Under the pieces are notes generated by a model. The model had not been told where the DNA came from and ran no database searches. It worked only from the letters and a program-made list of their open reading frames with translations. A stretch of 64,000 bases of DNA from Thermodesulfovibrionales bacterium (lineage in GTDB: Bacteria; Nitrospirota; Thermodesulfovibrionia; Thermodesulfovibrionales; SM23-35), in contig CAVWBP010000002.1 of the NCBI GenBank assembly GCA_963753165.1, positions 185,280 to 249,279 of the forward strand. The letters are read 5' to 3'. The translations under genes and the position numbers were made by a program. Shown here piece after piece: positions 30,870 through 40,823 of the stretch (the stretch's first letter is position 1; each line of letters begins with the position of its first letter).

Positions 30870-31451
30870 ATGAGACGTTTAGTGATGGTATGTTTGCTTG
30901 TAATGTCTTTTACTCTTGTGCCAGTAGTTGTTTGTAATGCAGGACTCGCACCTCTCGGACTTATTAATATTGGAGCAAAGGCAGATTATATCCGGTTTAC
31001 CGATGATCTTTTTAAAGACACCGACCTTGATAAGGGGGCATACTTTGGATTAGAGGCAAACACTATTCTCTTGCCTTTTTTGTATCTTGGTCTTGAAGCA
31101 GGGTATGCGAATATCGATGGCAGCGTGGGTAATGTCGATACGGAATTAACGTATATACCGATGGAATTGAACGCGAAATTTGCGATATCACCTGTTGGGA
31201 ATATTGTCATGGATATTGGTGGGGGCGTTTCTGCAAATTATGCTAAACTCAAAGGCACTGTTGATGATATTTCAGTGAGTGAGGATGATGTGCTTTTTGG
31301 CGGACAATTCTTTGCGGATATCAACTATACAAGAAGTATATTCTTCATAGGTATAAACGGTAAATATCAGATTAGTGAGAAGGGAATAAAAAAATACGAC
31401 GTTGATCTCAACAACTGGAGAGTTGGCGGACAAATAGGGGTAACGTTTTAA
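30870..31451 (+). CDS. Outer-membrane beta-barrel protein (OmpA/OmpW-like)
   Basis: AGGAGG RBS, signal peptide, alternating beta strands and C-terminal GVTF. Confidence 0.85.
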   Translation: MRRLVMVCLLVMSFTLVPVVVCNAGLAPLGLINIGAKADYIRFTDDLFKDTDLDKGAYFGLEANTILLPFLYLGLEAGYANIDGSVGNVDTELTYIPMELNAKFAISPVGNIVMDIGGGVSANYAKLKGTVDDISVSEDDVLFGGQFFADINYTRSIFFIGINGKYQISEKGIKKYDVDLNNWRVGGQIGVTF

Positions 31452-31742
31452 GTATTAATACATATTCATAAGGAATCAAACCATATTCAGCTGAAGAGAA
31501 TTGCCTGGTCTTTCCTTAACTGGACAAGCCCTTCTTCCGGAAAATGGAATGTATTCTTAAAAACTCTGTTCATAACGGAGACTAACTGGCGGAGCTTATA
31601 CGCGTCATGGTGCGAGTCTCCCTTTTGTTCGCAAAAATATTGATTTGTTGAATAATGTGTATTTTATATTAATGTTTCAGTGGATACTCTTTGAATCAAA
31701 TGGATAATCAGTATAAAAATATATGTTCGGTGTAGGGGAAAT

Positions 31743-32549
31743 ATGAATAACCAATACGTTCACGGATATGCTCAGCGAGAGAACATTCGTCTTCAGGACC
31801 AAGCTTCGACCCTTGCAGACTTGTTGCATTCAGATACTTTGTTTCCGGCAGGAAGCAGAGTTCTTGAGGCCGGATGTGGTGTGGGAGCACAAACTATAAC
31901 TCTGGCAAAAAACAGCCCGGAAGCCCGCATTACCTCGATTGACATATCTGAAGCATCGGTTGCTGAAGCGAAGAAAAGGGTAGAGTCGGAAGGGTTCTCC
32001 AATGTCTGTTTTCAGCAGGGCGATATCTTCAACCTGTCTTTCGAACCGAAATCCTTTGATCATGTTTTTCTCTGCTTTGTCCTTGAGCACCTCTCTGAAC
32101 CGGTAAAAGCCCTGGCAGTTCTTAAAAAATTTATCAAGCCGGGGGGAACTATAACCGTCATTGAAGGAGACCATGGCTCGACATACTTTCACCCCGATAG
32201 TATACATGCCCATAGGGCTATCCAATGTCAAGTCGATCTTCAAAAACAATCAGGAGGAAACGCAAATATAGGCAGGGAACTTTTCCCCCTTCTCCGCAGT
32301 GCGGGCTTTGATTCCGTGCGGGTATCTCCACGCATGGTCTATGTAGACGCAAGTCGGCCGGAACTCGTGGAAGGATTTACCAGGAAGACATTTACCGCAA
32401 TGATTGAGGGAATACGGGAAGCAGCCATTGATGCCGGGATGATTGAGCCTGCAGAAATCGATAGAGGTATCAGAGACCTTTACAGGACGACGGAGGACGA
32501 CGGTGTCTTCTGCTATACTTTTTTCAAGGCTGTGGCAGAAAACGGATAG
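31743..32549 (+). CDS. Class I SAM-dependent methyltransferase
   Basis: VLEAGCGVG, FDHVF and IKPGG motifs. Confidence 0.92.
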   Translation: MNNQYVHGYAQRENIRLQDQASTLADLLHSDTLFPAGSRVLEAGCGVGAQTITLAKNSPEARITSIDISEASVAEAKKRVESEGFSNVCFQQGDIFNLSFEPKSFDHVFLCFVLEHLSEPVKALAVLKKFIKPGGTITVIEGDHGSTYFHPDSIHAHRAIQCQVDLQKQSGGNANIGRELFPLLRSAGFDSVRVSPRMVYVDASRPELVEGFTRKTFTAMIEGIREAAIDAGMIEPAEIDRGIRDLYRTTEDDGVFCYTFFKAVAENG

Positions 32550-32799
32550 TTGCCGGTCAACCGGTTAAAGAAATACTGGCAAAGCAATGTAGCAGATTTG
32601 CCAGCCTCTTAACCGAGACTTTGCTTTTCCCGGTAATCCACAGTTATTGAAATACCTTCATGATGTTTGCGTGTGCCCATGGAGAGTGCGAAGTCTCCTC
32701 CTTAAAGTAAGCTGAACACCGCACTTTTCAAAAACTTCAAAATAGTGTAAGTTATTCCCGGTAATCAATCATGAATTGCCGTGAATATTGAGGAAAAGA

Positions 32800-33561
32800 T
32801 TAGATATGAAGAATGCCCATGCCCTTGCCGGGATGATATGCCTTTTTTATTGCGTTTTTCACGAACTCCTTTGCCTTTCTTGCTGCTTCGAGGGGGGCGT
32901 GGTCCAGTGCAAGGAGGGCGGCAATTGCAGAGGAGAAGATGCACCCTGTGCCATGAAATTCACCGGGCAGCTTTTCACTTTCGATACGATGGAACGTCCC
33001 ATCGTAATAGAGGTCAAGCGCTATCCCTTCAAGATGACCTCCGGTGATAAGGACGATATCAGTCCCAATCTGTTTCAGAATTACGGCAGCCTCTTCCATC
33101 CCTTCCCTGTTTTCGATGGCAACACCCGTCAGGACAGCGGCCTCATAGATATTTGGTGTTATGATTCGTGCCAGGGGAAAGAGTCGTCCCTTTATCGCGT
33201 CTAAAGTCCCCTCATCTACAAGGCTGGTCCCGGACGAAGAGACGGTTACCGGGTCAATGACGATGTTCTGAAGGGAATATTTCTTTATCAGATCAGAGAC
33301 AATCTCGACGGCATCGATACGGTAAAGCATCCCGATCTTGACCGCATCCGGCCTGATATCAGAAAGGAGCGTCTCAAGTTGGTTTTTGATCGCAATTTTT
33401 TCAACGGAAAATATGGCGTCGACTCCGTGCGTGTTCTGTGCGGTGATTGCGGCCACAACAGAAATGCCGTGAACGCCAAATGATCTGAATACTTTTAAGT
33501 CCGCCTGAAGCCCTGCGCCGCCTGTCGGATCAGAACCGGCTATCGTAAGAACTGTTTTCAT
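32800..33561 (-). CDS. thiD: Hydroxymethylpyrimidine/phosphomethylpyrimidine kinase
   Basis: LTIAGSDPTGGAGLQADLK, TPNIYEA and HGTGC motifs. Confidence 0.95.
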   Translation of the reverse strand: MKTVLTIAGSDPTGGAGLQADLKVFRSFGVHGISVVAAITAQNTHGVDAIFSVEKIAIKNQLETLLSDIRPDAVKIGMLYRIDAVEIVSDLIKKYSLQNIVIDPVTVSSSGTSLVDEGTLDAIKGRLFPLARIITPNIYEAAVLTGVAIENREGMEEAAVILKQIGTDIVLITGGHLEGIALDLYYDGTFHRIESEKLPGEFHGTGCIFSSAIAALLALDHAPLEAARKAKEFVKNAIKKAYHPGKGMGILHI

Positions 33562-34847
33562 GTCTTTCTTTTTTTCAGCGCACGCTCTACTGTCCGTATC
33601 GCGCAGAACTCTCCGCACATGCTGCAGACGTCCTGATGTGCCGGAGGAATTTCGGCCCGCCATTTTTTCACCCGCTCAGGATCAAGGCTCAACGCTATCT
33701 GCCCGTTCCAGTCAAGGTTCTTCCTGCACCGGGCCATTGCCCTGTCCCTCTCAATTGCACCGGGAACCCCTTTTGCGATATCCGCTGCATGGGCTGCTAT
33801 TTTTGATGCAATAAGCCCTTCTCTCACGTCATCGAGATTCGGGAGCCTGATGTGCTCGGCAGGGGTTACATAGCAGAGGAAATCGGCGCCTGCTGCGCCC
33901 GCTATTGCGCCTCCGATAGCCGCTGCAATGTGGTCATACCCCATTGCGATATCGGTCACGAGAGGACCGAGGACATAAAACGGCGCGCCCTTGCAGAGTT
34001 CTTTCTGGAGCTTGATGTTGAGTTCCACCTGATTCAGGGGAACATGCCCCGGCCCTTCGATAATCGTCTGCACGCCGTATTCCAAAGCCCTGTCCCGCAA
34101 CTCTCCGATCGTGAGAAGCTCTTCGATCTGGCTCCGGTCGGTCGCATCGTCAATACAGCCCGGACGGAGTCCGTCGCCGAGGCTTATGGTCAGATCATAT
34201 TTTTTTGAAAGTTCCAGCAGCCTGTCGTACTGTGCATAGAGAGGGTTTTCTCTCTCGTTATAGATCATCCACTCAAGGAGGAAGGCGCCGCCGCGGCTGA
34301 CTACATCGAGGACTCTCCCTTCGTTTCTCAGGCGTTCAACAGCCCTTAGGGTCACTCCGCAGTGCACGGTGACGAAATCAACGCCTTCTTCCGCCTGGTC
34401 CTCAATGACCTGGAAAATATCGTCAGCAGTCATTTTCGCGATTGTGCCGTATTTTTCTGCTGCGAGAATTGCGGCTTCATAGATCGGCACCGTTCCGATC
34501 GCAACAGGGGATTTTCTGAGAAGCAGTCTTCTCATGTCTTTGACAGGTCCGCCCGTCGACAGGTCCATGACCGCGTCAGCCCCATATTTTACCAGCAGGT
34601 CAAGTTTCTCGATTTCCTCATCAAAGGAAATTTTGTCTTTTGAAGTTCCGATGTTCGCATTCACTTTTGTCTTCAGGCCCCTTCCGATGCCGATGGGGTT
34701 AATGGGGTGTTTGCTGTTGATCGGAATAACAGAAACGCCTGATGCTATGTCAGATGCAAGCACTTCCGGCGATATCCTCTCAGCCGCAGCAACCTCTTTT
34801 ATTTCATCGGAGATAAGCCCTTTTCTCGCTGCCTCAATCCTTGTCAT
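33558..34847 (-). CDS. thiC: Phosphomethylpyrimidine synthase
   Basis: KVNANIGTS, MDLSTGG, SLGDGLRPG, EGPGH and CSMCGEFC motifs. Confidence 0.97.
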   Translation of the reverse strand: MTRIEAARKGLISDEIKEVAAAERISPEVLASDIASGVSVIPINSKHPINPIGIGRGLKTKVNANIGTSKDKISFDEEIEKLDLLVKYGADAVMDLSTGGPVKDMRRLLLRKSPVAIGTVPIYEAAILAAEKYGTIAKMTADDIFQVIEDQAEEGVDFVTVHCGVTLRAVERLRNEGRVLDVVSRGGAFLLEWMIYNERENPLYAQYDRLLELSKKYDLTISLGDGLRPGCIDDATDRSQIEELLTIGELRDRALEYGVQTIIEGPGHVPLNQVELNIKLQKELCKGAPFYVLGPLVTDIAMGYDHIAAAIGGAIAGAAGADFLCYVTPAEHIRLPNLDDVREGLIASKIAAHAADIAKGVPGAIERDRAMARCRKNLDWNGQIALSLDPERVKKWRAEIPPAHQDVCSMCGEFCAIRTVERALKKRKT

Positions 34848-35479
34848 TGCAGTAACCTCAAAAATTCTTCTGTTGTTTTCTGAATATCCTCTGCAGTGAG
34901 GATAGCGGATATCATGGCGATACCGTCGGCGCCCGCTTCCCTCACTTCATGGACCCTTGCTTTCTTTATTCCTCCAATGGCCAGTACCGGGATCGATATG
35001 CGTGACTTTACTTCCTTTATTGTCTCAATACCGATTGGGTTTCCATACTTCAGTTTGGAAGGAGTCTTATAGACAGGACCTATTGTGATAAAATCCGCCC
35101 CGCTTTTTTCTGCGGCTACGGCTTCATCCAACCCATGGGCAGAAACACCGATAATAAGCTTATTGCCTGCGATCTTTCTGACTGCATCGGGGGGCATGCT
35201 CTGCTGTCCGAGATGCACGCCGTCTGCTCCTGCCGCGAGCGCAATATCGACCCTGTCATTGATAACCAGTTTTGCCCCATATTCGTTTGTCAAATCCCTC
35301 ATCCAGTGTGCCACGTCGAGTAATTCCCGTATAGATAAATCCTTTTCTCTGAGCTGTATGGCTTTTACCCCTGCTGAGAGCGCGTCTTCAAGCGCGAAAT
35401 ACAATGAACAGGCTGCGGAGAACAATTTTCTGTCGGTGATGAGATAGAGCCTGAAGTCCTCCAGCCAGGGTTTTTTCAT
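34844..35479 (-). CDS. thiE: Thiamine phosphate synthase
   Basis: LYLITD, QLREK, INDRVD, GVHLGQ and AIGGI motifs. Confidence 0.95.
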   Translation of the reverse strand: MKKPWLEDFRLYLITDRKLFSAACSLYFALEDALSAGVKAIQLREKDLSIRELLDVAHWMRDLTNEYGAKLVINDRVDIALAAGADGVHLGQQSMPPDAVRKIAGNKLIIGVSAHGLDEAVAAEKSGADFITIGPVYKTPSKLKYGNPIGIETIKEVKSRISIPVLAIGGIKKARVHEVREAGADGIAMISAILTAEDIQKTTEEFLRLLQ

Positions 35480-35519
35480 TTTCTCAACCTCTCATTCTTA
35501 CCTTGTGCAAGTAATTTGA

Positions 35520-35683
35520 TAGATGACATGACTCAATTTCTGAATCCAGACAAACTCTCTTTATTTCCATACAACCCTTTATTTGCCCGTATCGTTCCCC
35601 TCAAGGGATGCGTGAGGCTTCCGAATTGTCTTCAGCCTATGAGGGGACCGTGGTTGGCTTTCATAAATTGAGTCATATCACTA
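35520..35683. mobile_element. MITE with ~24 bp TIRs, TA-flanked
   Basis: TAGATGACATGACTCAATTTCTGAA ... TTCATAAATTGAGTCATATCACTA, with an internal hairpin. Confidence 0.7.
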
Positions 35684-35703
35684 ATCACCCGCATATTCTT
35701 CTT

Positions 35704-36474
35704 TTACAGCATGCCTTCGAACGGGCTGCTTGCTGTAGCATAGAGCTTTTTCCCAATTCTCCCCGCCTTGTAGGCAAGTCGTCCTGCGATGACCCCGTGC
35801 TTCATTGCCGCTGCCATTGCTATCGGGTCTTTGGCCCCTGCTATCCCGGTATTTATCAAAACAGCATCACATCCCAGTTCCATTGCTATTGTGGCATCAG
35901 ATGCTGTCCCCACTCCTGCGTCGACAATAACAGGCAGCTTGACGGTTTCAAGAATTATTTTGATGTTATAGGGATTTCTTATGCCGAGCCCCGATCCGAT
36001 GGGAGCGCCGAGAGGCATTATCGCGGCAGCCCCCGCTTCTTCAAGCCTCTTGGCCATAATCGGATCATCATTCGTATAGGGGAGAACTATAAACCCTTCC
36101 TTCGCGAGAATCTCGGTCGCCTTCAGGAGTCCCAGGGTATCAGGGAAGAGGGTCTTTTCGTCTCCTATGACCTCGAGTTTAATCAGATCAGAAATGCCGG
36201 CTTCGCGCGCGAGCCTTGAATATCGGATGGCGTCCTCAACGGTGTAGCATCCCGCGGTATTCGGCAGTATCTTGTATTTTTTTGGATCGATGAAATCGAG
36301 GAGGTTTTCCGATTTCCTGTCTATGATATTCACTCTCCGTACCGCCACGGTGACCACATCGGAACCGGAGGCTTCAATAGCCCTTCTGGTCTCATCAAAA
36401 TCCTTGTACTTGCCTGTGCCTACCCAGAGCCTCGATCGAAATTCGATGCCCCTGATAATCAATGTATCGTCCAT
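35704..36474 (-). CDS. thiG: Thiazole synthase
   Basis: [35 protein letters not shown] and VDAGVG motifs. Confidence 0.97.
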   Translation of the reverse strand: MDDTLIIRGIEFRSRLWVGTGKYKDFDETRRAIEASGSDVVTVAVRRVNIIDRKSENLLDFIDPKKYKILPNTAGCYTVEDAIRYSRLAREAGISDLIKLEVIGDEKTLFPDTLGLLKATEILAKEGFIVLPYTNDDPIMAKRLEEAGAAAIMPLGAPIGSGLGIRNPYNIKIILETVKLPVIVDAGVGTASDATIAMELGCDAVLINTGIAGAKDPIAMAAAMKHGVIAGRLAYKAGRIGKKLYATASSPFEGML

Positions 36475-36491
36475 ATCTTCTCCTTAAATGA

Positions 36492-36590
36492 AAAATACTA
36501 AATTCTCATATCTAAATTCGAAATAAATCCTAAATTCCAAAAATAACAAATCTCTGATATTGTTTCGTATTCAGGATTTCGTGCTTACTA
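36492..36590. repeat. Degenerate 7-bp tandem repeats
   Basis: AAATACT AAATTCT CATATCT AAATTCG ... AAATCCT AAATTCC, followed by complementary-like heptamers. Confidence 0.5.
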
Positions 36591-36592
36591 TT

Positions 36593-36740
36593 TAGAGTCT
36601 GTTTATAAAGTGCGATTCCGATAAAAATTCGTCATTCTCGCGAAGGCGGGAATCCAGTATTATCATCCCGAAAGCTTTCGGGACTGGATCCCCCGGTCAA
36701 GCCGGAGGATGACAACCCCTGAGTTTATGAACAGACTCTA
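36593..36740. mobile_element. MITE, 148 bp, 17 bp TIRs including TA, containing a REP palindrome
   Basis: TAGAGTCTGTTTATAAA ... TTTATGAACAGACTCTA (1 mismatch); second copy at ~12324-12470. Confidence 0.85.
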
Positions 36741-36741
36741 T

Positions 36742-36939
36742 TTATCCTCCTCCGACAAAATTGACCGCTTCGACGGTATCACCCTCTTTGAGCGTATATG
36801 TAGCGTACTCAGCCTTTTTTATGATGGACAGGTTCACCTCGACGGCAACCCTCGCCGGATCAATGCCCAGTTCTTTCAACAGGTCAGAGACCGTTGAAGC
36901 TTCTGTTATTAAAGTGTCGCCGTTTACTGTTAAGTTCAT
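36742..36939 (-). CDS. thiS: Sulfur carrier protein ThiS
   Basis: MNLTVNG...VAVEVN...LKEGDTVEAVNFVGGG with C-terminal Gly-Gly. Confidence 0.95.
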   Translation of the reverse strand: MNLTVNGDTLITEASTVSDLLKELGIDPARVAVEVNLSIIKKAEYATYTLKEGDTVEAVNFVGGG

Positions 36940-36943
36940 AAAA

Positions 36944-36974
36944 ACAAAAAACCGCATCCCTGAAGGGATACGGC
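36944..36974 (-). terminator. Intrinsic terminator (riboswitch expression platform)
   Basis: Minus strand CCGTATCCC-TTCA-GGGATGCGG followed by a U-tract, between the aptamer and thiS. Confidence 0.85.
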
Positions 36975-36981
36975 CCGTTTC

Positions 36982-37072
36982 CCATTCCCTACGACGGTAT
37001 TATCCGCATCAGGTTCTTGGGGTCGTCCGGTGGGACACCGAACCTCTCAGGCTTGAGAACCTCCCCCAGGGT
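36982..37072 (-). promoter_or_regulatory. TPP riboswitch
   Basis: Minus strand GGGG...CTGAGA...ACCC..GAACCTGATGCGGATAATACCGTCGTAGGGA matches the THI-box consensus and lies upstream of the thi operon. Confidence 0.95.
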
Positions 37073-37122
37073 TAGTTTCAGTATAGATAAGATTTTCGGT
37101 AAAGTCAATAAAACCGGTGGCG

Positions 37123-37866
37123 TCAGGCGGGAGCGAGGGTGTTTATTTTGTGGGCAAGACAGCCTGCTCCGAAACCGTTGTCTATGTTCATCACTGCAAT
37201 CCCCGGCACACAGGAGTTGAGCATTGCAAGAAGTGCGGTGAGGCCGCCGAAGCTTGTGCCATACCCGACAGAGGTCGGCACTGCAATGATCGGTTTGTCG
37301 GTGATCCCTCCGACCACAGAGGGAAGGGCACCCTCCATCCCTGCAATGACAACGATGACCCGTGCGGAATGGAGTGAATCCTTTGCTTCCATAAGCCGGT
37401 GTATCCCTGCCACTCCGACATCATAGACAGTCTCGGCCCTGCTGCCAAGGAAAGAGGCGGTCACGGCTGCCTCCTCGGCCACCGGGATATCGGATGTGCC
37501 GGCAGAAAGGATGAGGATATGCCCGCTCTGTTTTTTTACTCCTTGGACTGCTATAGTTCTTGACAATGGATGAAAAACCGCATTCTTCATTTTGAGTTTT
37601 GTATAAATACTTTTTGAGGCCTTTGTGATGAGCACCCGTTTGCTGTTTCTGTACATCGACCGCGCGATGCGCACAACATCCTGAACTTTTTTCCCCTCGG
37701 CGAATATGACTTCAGGAATCCCCTGCCGCATGTGCCGGTGGTGGTCAACCTTTGCAAAAGAGAGGTCTTCGAAAGGGAGGTGTTTCAACTGCCTGAGCGC
37801 ATGCTCAATACTTGCTCTGCCTGATTGAACCGATTCAAGGAGTCTCTTTATGGTTGAGTTGTCCAT
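37123..37866 (-). CDS. larB: Nickel pincer cofactor biosynthesis protein LarB
   Basis: AKVDHHR, AGTSDIPVAEEA, DVGVAGIHRL, AGMEGALPSV and NIDNGFGA motifs. Confidence 0.93.
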   Translation of the reverse strand: MDNSTIKRLLESVQSGRASIEHALRQLKHLPFEDLSFAKVDHHRHMRQGIPEVIFAEGKKVQDVVRIARSMYRNSKRVLITKASKSIYTKLKMKNAVFHPLSRTIAVQGVKKQSGHILILSAGTSDIPVAEEAAVTASFLGSRAETVYDVGVAGIHRLMEAKDSLHSARVIVVIAGMEGALPSVVGGITDKPIIAVPTSVGYGTSFGGLTALLAMLNSCVPGIAVMNIDNGFGAGCLAHKINTLAPA

Positions 37867-37879
37867 TAGACAATCTGAT

Positions 37880-38046
37880 TAACGCTGCGGTTCGATTTTT
37901 TAAGCCAGATCACGGGTGATCTCGATGAGGCTGGAGACGAAGCGGAAGCCTCACGTATGAATTGAGTAAAAACATTCCAGTCACGAAAAGGTTGATACAG
38001 TGAGAGAGGTAGTTTAGCTGGCTTGAAAAATTGAATCACAGCGTTA
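37880..38046. mobile_element. MITE with ~29 bp imperfect TIRs, TA-flanked
   Basis: TAACGCTGCGGTTCGATTTTTTAAGCCAG ... CTGGCTTGAAAAATTGAATCACAGCGTTA. Confidence 0.75.
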
Positions 38047-38091
38047 TCCCCGCTATAGTGTAGCATTTTTGTTTCTGAGGGGTGAGCACAA

Positions 38092-39087
38092 TTATCCGTA
38101 AAATTCAGATTTTAAAGAACGTTCCATGAGGTCTTTCACCGCCTGTGCCGGGTCTTTGTCCTCATAGAGTATCCTGTAGACCTGTTCGATGATCGGCATT
38201 TCTATATTGTATTTCCGGGATAGTTCATATGCCGATTCCGCGGTTGCAATCCCTTCCGCAACGCTCTTTGTCTGCTGGAGGATCTCTTTTAACTTCATCC
38301 CCTGTCCGAGCTTTATCCCTACCGTATAATTCCTTGACAGAGGGCTTGTGCAGGTAAGCACGAGATCGCCGATACCGCTCAGGCCGGAGAATGTCTTCTC
38401 TTTTGCTCCCATTGCAACCCCGAGCCGCGTCATTTCTATGAGGCCCCGCGTGATAAGAGAAGCCCGTGCATTGTTTCCGAGGCCCAGGCTCTCGCCAATC
38501 CCCGATGCGATGGCCATAACATTTTTTAACGCGCCCCCGAGTTCTGCGCCGAGGATATCGTCATGGGTGTAGACACGGAGGGTATTGGTATTGAACAGCT
38601 CCTGGAGCACAAAGCCCGCATTCTTGTCTTCTATTGCAAGGGTAACCGCGGCAGGGCGTTTGCTGATAACCTCTTTCGCGAAACTGGGGCCTGACAGAAC
38701 CGCAACAGGGTGCCGGGAAATTTCCCGGAGGATAGAGGATACCGTAAGGAGAGTCCCCCGTTCGATCCCTTTTGAGACGCTGATAATTATCGCTTCATCC
38801 ATGAGATGCGGCGCTGCTTCACTGAACACAGCCCTGGTGAACTGTGAGGGGACGGCATTCAGCACATAGCGTGCTTTTTGCACTGCCTGTTTGATATCAT
38901 GCGAAATCCTGAGGGAATCGGGGATGAGAACACCGGGCAGGTAGGTGCTGTTGCATCGTGTCTGCTCAATCTCGTCAGCAAGGTCTTTTTCGAACACCCA
39001 GAGGGTGACGTCAAATCCTTTCTCCGAGAGGAGACAGGCAAGTGTTGTCCCCCAGCTTCCTGCGCCAATTACTGTGACGTAACTCAT
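38092..39087 (-). CDS. gpsA: NAD(P)H-dependent glycerol-3-phosphate dehydrogenase
   Basis: GAGSWGT, SKGIE, LSGPSFA, GALKNV and GDLVLTC..SRN motifs. Confidence 0.96.
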   Translation of the reverse strand: MSYVTVIGAGSWGTTLACLLSEKGFDVTLWVFEKDLADEIEQTRCNSTYLPGVLIPDSLRISHDIKQAVQKARYVLNAVPSQFTRAVFSEAAPHLMDEAIIISVSKGIERGTLLTVSSILREISRHPVAVLSGPSFAKEVISKRPAAVTLAIEDKNAGFVLQELFNTNTLRVYTHDDILGAELGGALKNVMAIASGIGESLGLGNNARASLITRGLIEMTRLGVAMGAKEKTFSGLSGIGDLVLTCTSPLSRNYTVGIKLGQGMKLKEILQQTKSVAEGIATAESAYELSRKYNIEMPIIEQVYRILYEDKDPAQAVKDLMERSLKSEFYG

Positions 39088-40823
39088 CGTCCCTCCTTCT
39101 GTGACTTTTCTATTTTGGCCCACGTGTCACGCAGGGTAACGGTACGATTCAATACTAACATATCAGGAGTGGAATCGGGATCAACACAGAAATACCCCTG
39201 TCGCTCAAACTGGAACCGGCTTCCCGGAGCTGATCCCGACAGACCTGGTTCAGCCCGGCAGGATTTCAATGCTTTCAGTGAATCAGGATTGATGCCGGAT
39301 TTCCAGTCGGCGCCTTCTCCCACATCGGTAGGGTCAGGACTGGTGAAGAGATGATCATAGAGCCTCACCTCGATTTCAAGCGCATGAGAGGCGGAAACCC
39401 AGTGGAGGGTTGATTTCACCTTCCGGCCATCCGGAGCATCGCCGCCCTTGGTTGCAGGGTCATAAGTGCACTGGACTTCGAGGACTTCCCCTGTTTTTTC
39501 ATCCTTCACGACCCCGACGCATTTTATGAAATATGCATACCGCAGACGCACTTCACGCCCTGGCGCAAGCCGGTAAAACTGCTTCGGCGGATCTTCACGG
39601 AAGTCATCCCTCTCGATATAGAGGACTCTGGAGAACGGCACTTTCCGCGTCCCCATGCCGGGGTCTTCGGGGTTGTTAATTGCGTCCAGCTCTTCTTCTG
39701 CATCCTCCGGATAATTGAGAATAACCACCCGGAGGGGCTGCAGCACGACCATTGCCCGTGGAGCGCTTTTATTGAGATCTTCCCGCAGACAATATTCAAG
39801 CAGCGCCATGTCCACGGTACTATCGCGCTTGGCTACCCCTATCCGGTCGCAAAAATTCCGTATCGATTCCGGAGTATATCCCCTTCTCCGCAACCCCGAG
39901 ATTGTCGGCATGCGCGGATCATCCCATCCGCTTACGTATCTTCCCCCGACCAATTCTATAAGTTTCCTTTTACTGAGGACAGTGTACGTGAGATTCAGAC
40001 GGGCGAATTCAATCTGGCGGGGATGGTATACCTCCAGTACATCAAGGATCCAGTCATAGAGCGGTCTGTGATCTTCGAATTCGAGGGTGCAGATTGAATG
40101 GGTGATGCCTTCCAGGGAATCCGACAGGCAATGTGCATAATCGTACATCGGATAGATACACCAGGTATCACCGGTACGGTGGTGGGAAGCATGGAGTATC
40201 CGGTAGAGTACCGGGTCGCGCATATTAATGTTCCCTGACGCCATATCGATTTTCGCGCGCAATGTCCGCGTGCCGTCAGGAAATTCTCCCGCTCTCATAC
40301 GTTCAAAGAGATTCAGGTTTTCCTCAACACTACGGTTCCTGTAGGGGCTCTCCCTTCCTGCCTCTGTCAATGTGCCGCGATATTCTCTGATCTCCTGAGG
40401 GCTGAGGTCACAGACATATGCGTTGCCTGCGTGAATGAGTTGCACCGCGAACTGATAAAGCTTCTCGAAATAATCTGATGCGTAGAAGAGACGGTCGTCC
40501 CAGTCAAAGCCTATCCATCGGACGTCTTCCTGTATTGACTCGACATATTCAACTTCTTCCTTCGTGGGATTCGTATCATCGAACCGCATATTGCAGCGCC
40601 CCCCGAAGTCTTGAGCGGTACCGAAATTCAGACAGATGGACTTGGCGTGCCCGATATGGAGATAGCCGTTCGGTTCCGGAGGGAAGCGGGTATGCACACG
40701 GCTGTCGTATTTTTTTGCGTGAATATCCGCTTCGATAATTTCTGTGATGAAATGAGAAGGTTTCGTGGAATCCGGTGAAACCGGATTCCGTTCGTTCTCT
40801 TGTTTTTCCCCGGAGTCGTTCAT
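39084..40823 (-). CDS. glnS: Glutamine--tRNA ligase
   Basis: [38 protein letters not shown] and FQFERQGYF motifs. Confidence 0.97.
   Translation of the reverse strand: MNDSGEKQENERNPVSPDSTKPSHFITEIIEADIHAKKYDSRVHTRFPPEPNGYLHIGHAKSICLNFGTAQDFGGRCNMRFDDTNPTKEEVEYVESIQEDVRWIGFDWDDRLFYASDYFEKLYQFAVQLIHAGNAYVCDLSPQEIREYRGTLTEAGRESPYRNRSVEENLNLFERMRAGEFPDGTRTLRAKIDMASGNINMRDPVLYRILHASHHRTGDTWCIYPMYDYAHCLSDSLEGITHSICTLEFEDHRPLYDWILDVLEVYHPRQIEFARLNLTYTVLSKRKLIELVGGRYVSGWDDPRMPTISGLRRRGYTPESIRNFCDRIGVAKRDSTVDMALLEYCLREDLNKSAPRAMVVLQPLRVVILNYPEDAEEELDAINNPEDPGMGTRKVPFSRVLYIERDDFREDPPKQFYRLAPGREVRLRYAYFIKCVGVVKDEKTGEVLEVQCTYDPATKGGDAPDGRKVKSTLHWVSASHALEIEVRLYDHLFTSPDPTDVGEGADWKSGINPDSLKALKSCRAEPGLSGSAPGSRFQFERQGYFCVDPDSTPDMLVLNRTVTLRDTWAKIEKSQKEGR

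Noticed and set aside
32609-32680. Minus-strand 23-aa ORF MGTRKHHEGISITVDYREKQSLG, resembling the start of an ERCC4 nuclease domain, with an upstream AGGAGG
   Set aside because: Too short to support, no downstream continuation, and the SD spacing is long. It could be a relic but cannot be distinguished from chance.
37866-38066. 66-aa ORF upstream of larB
   Set aside because: It lies almost entirely within a TIR-bounded MITE and is likely spurious.
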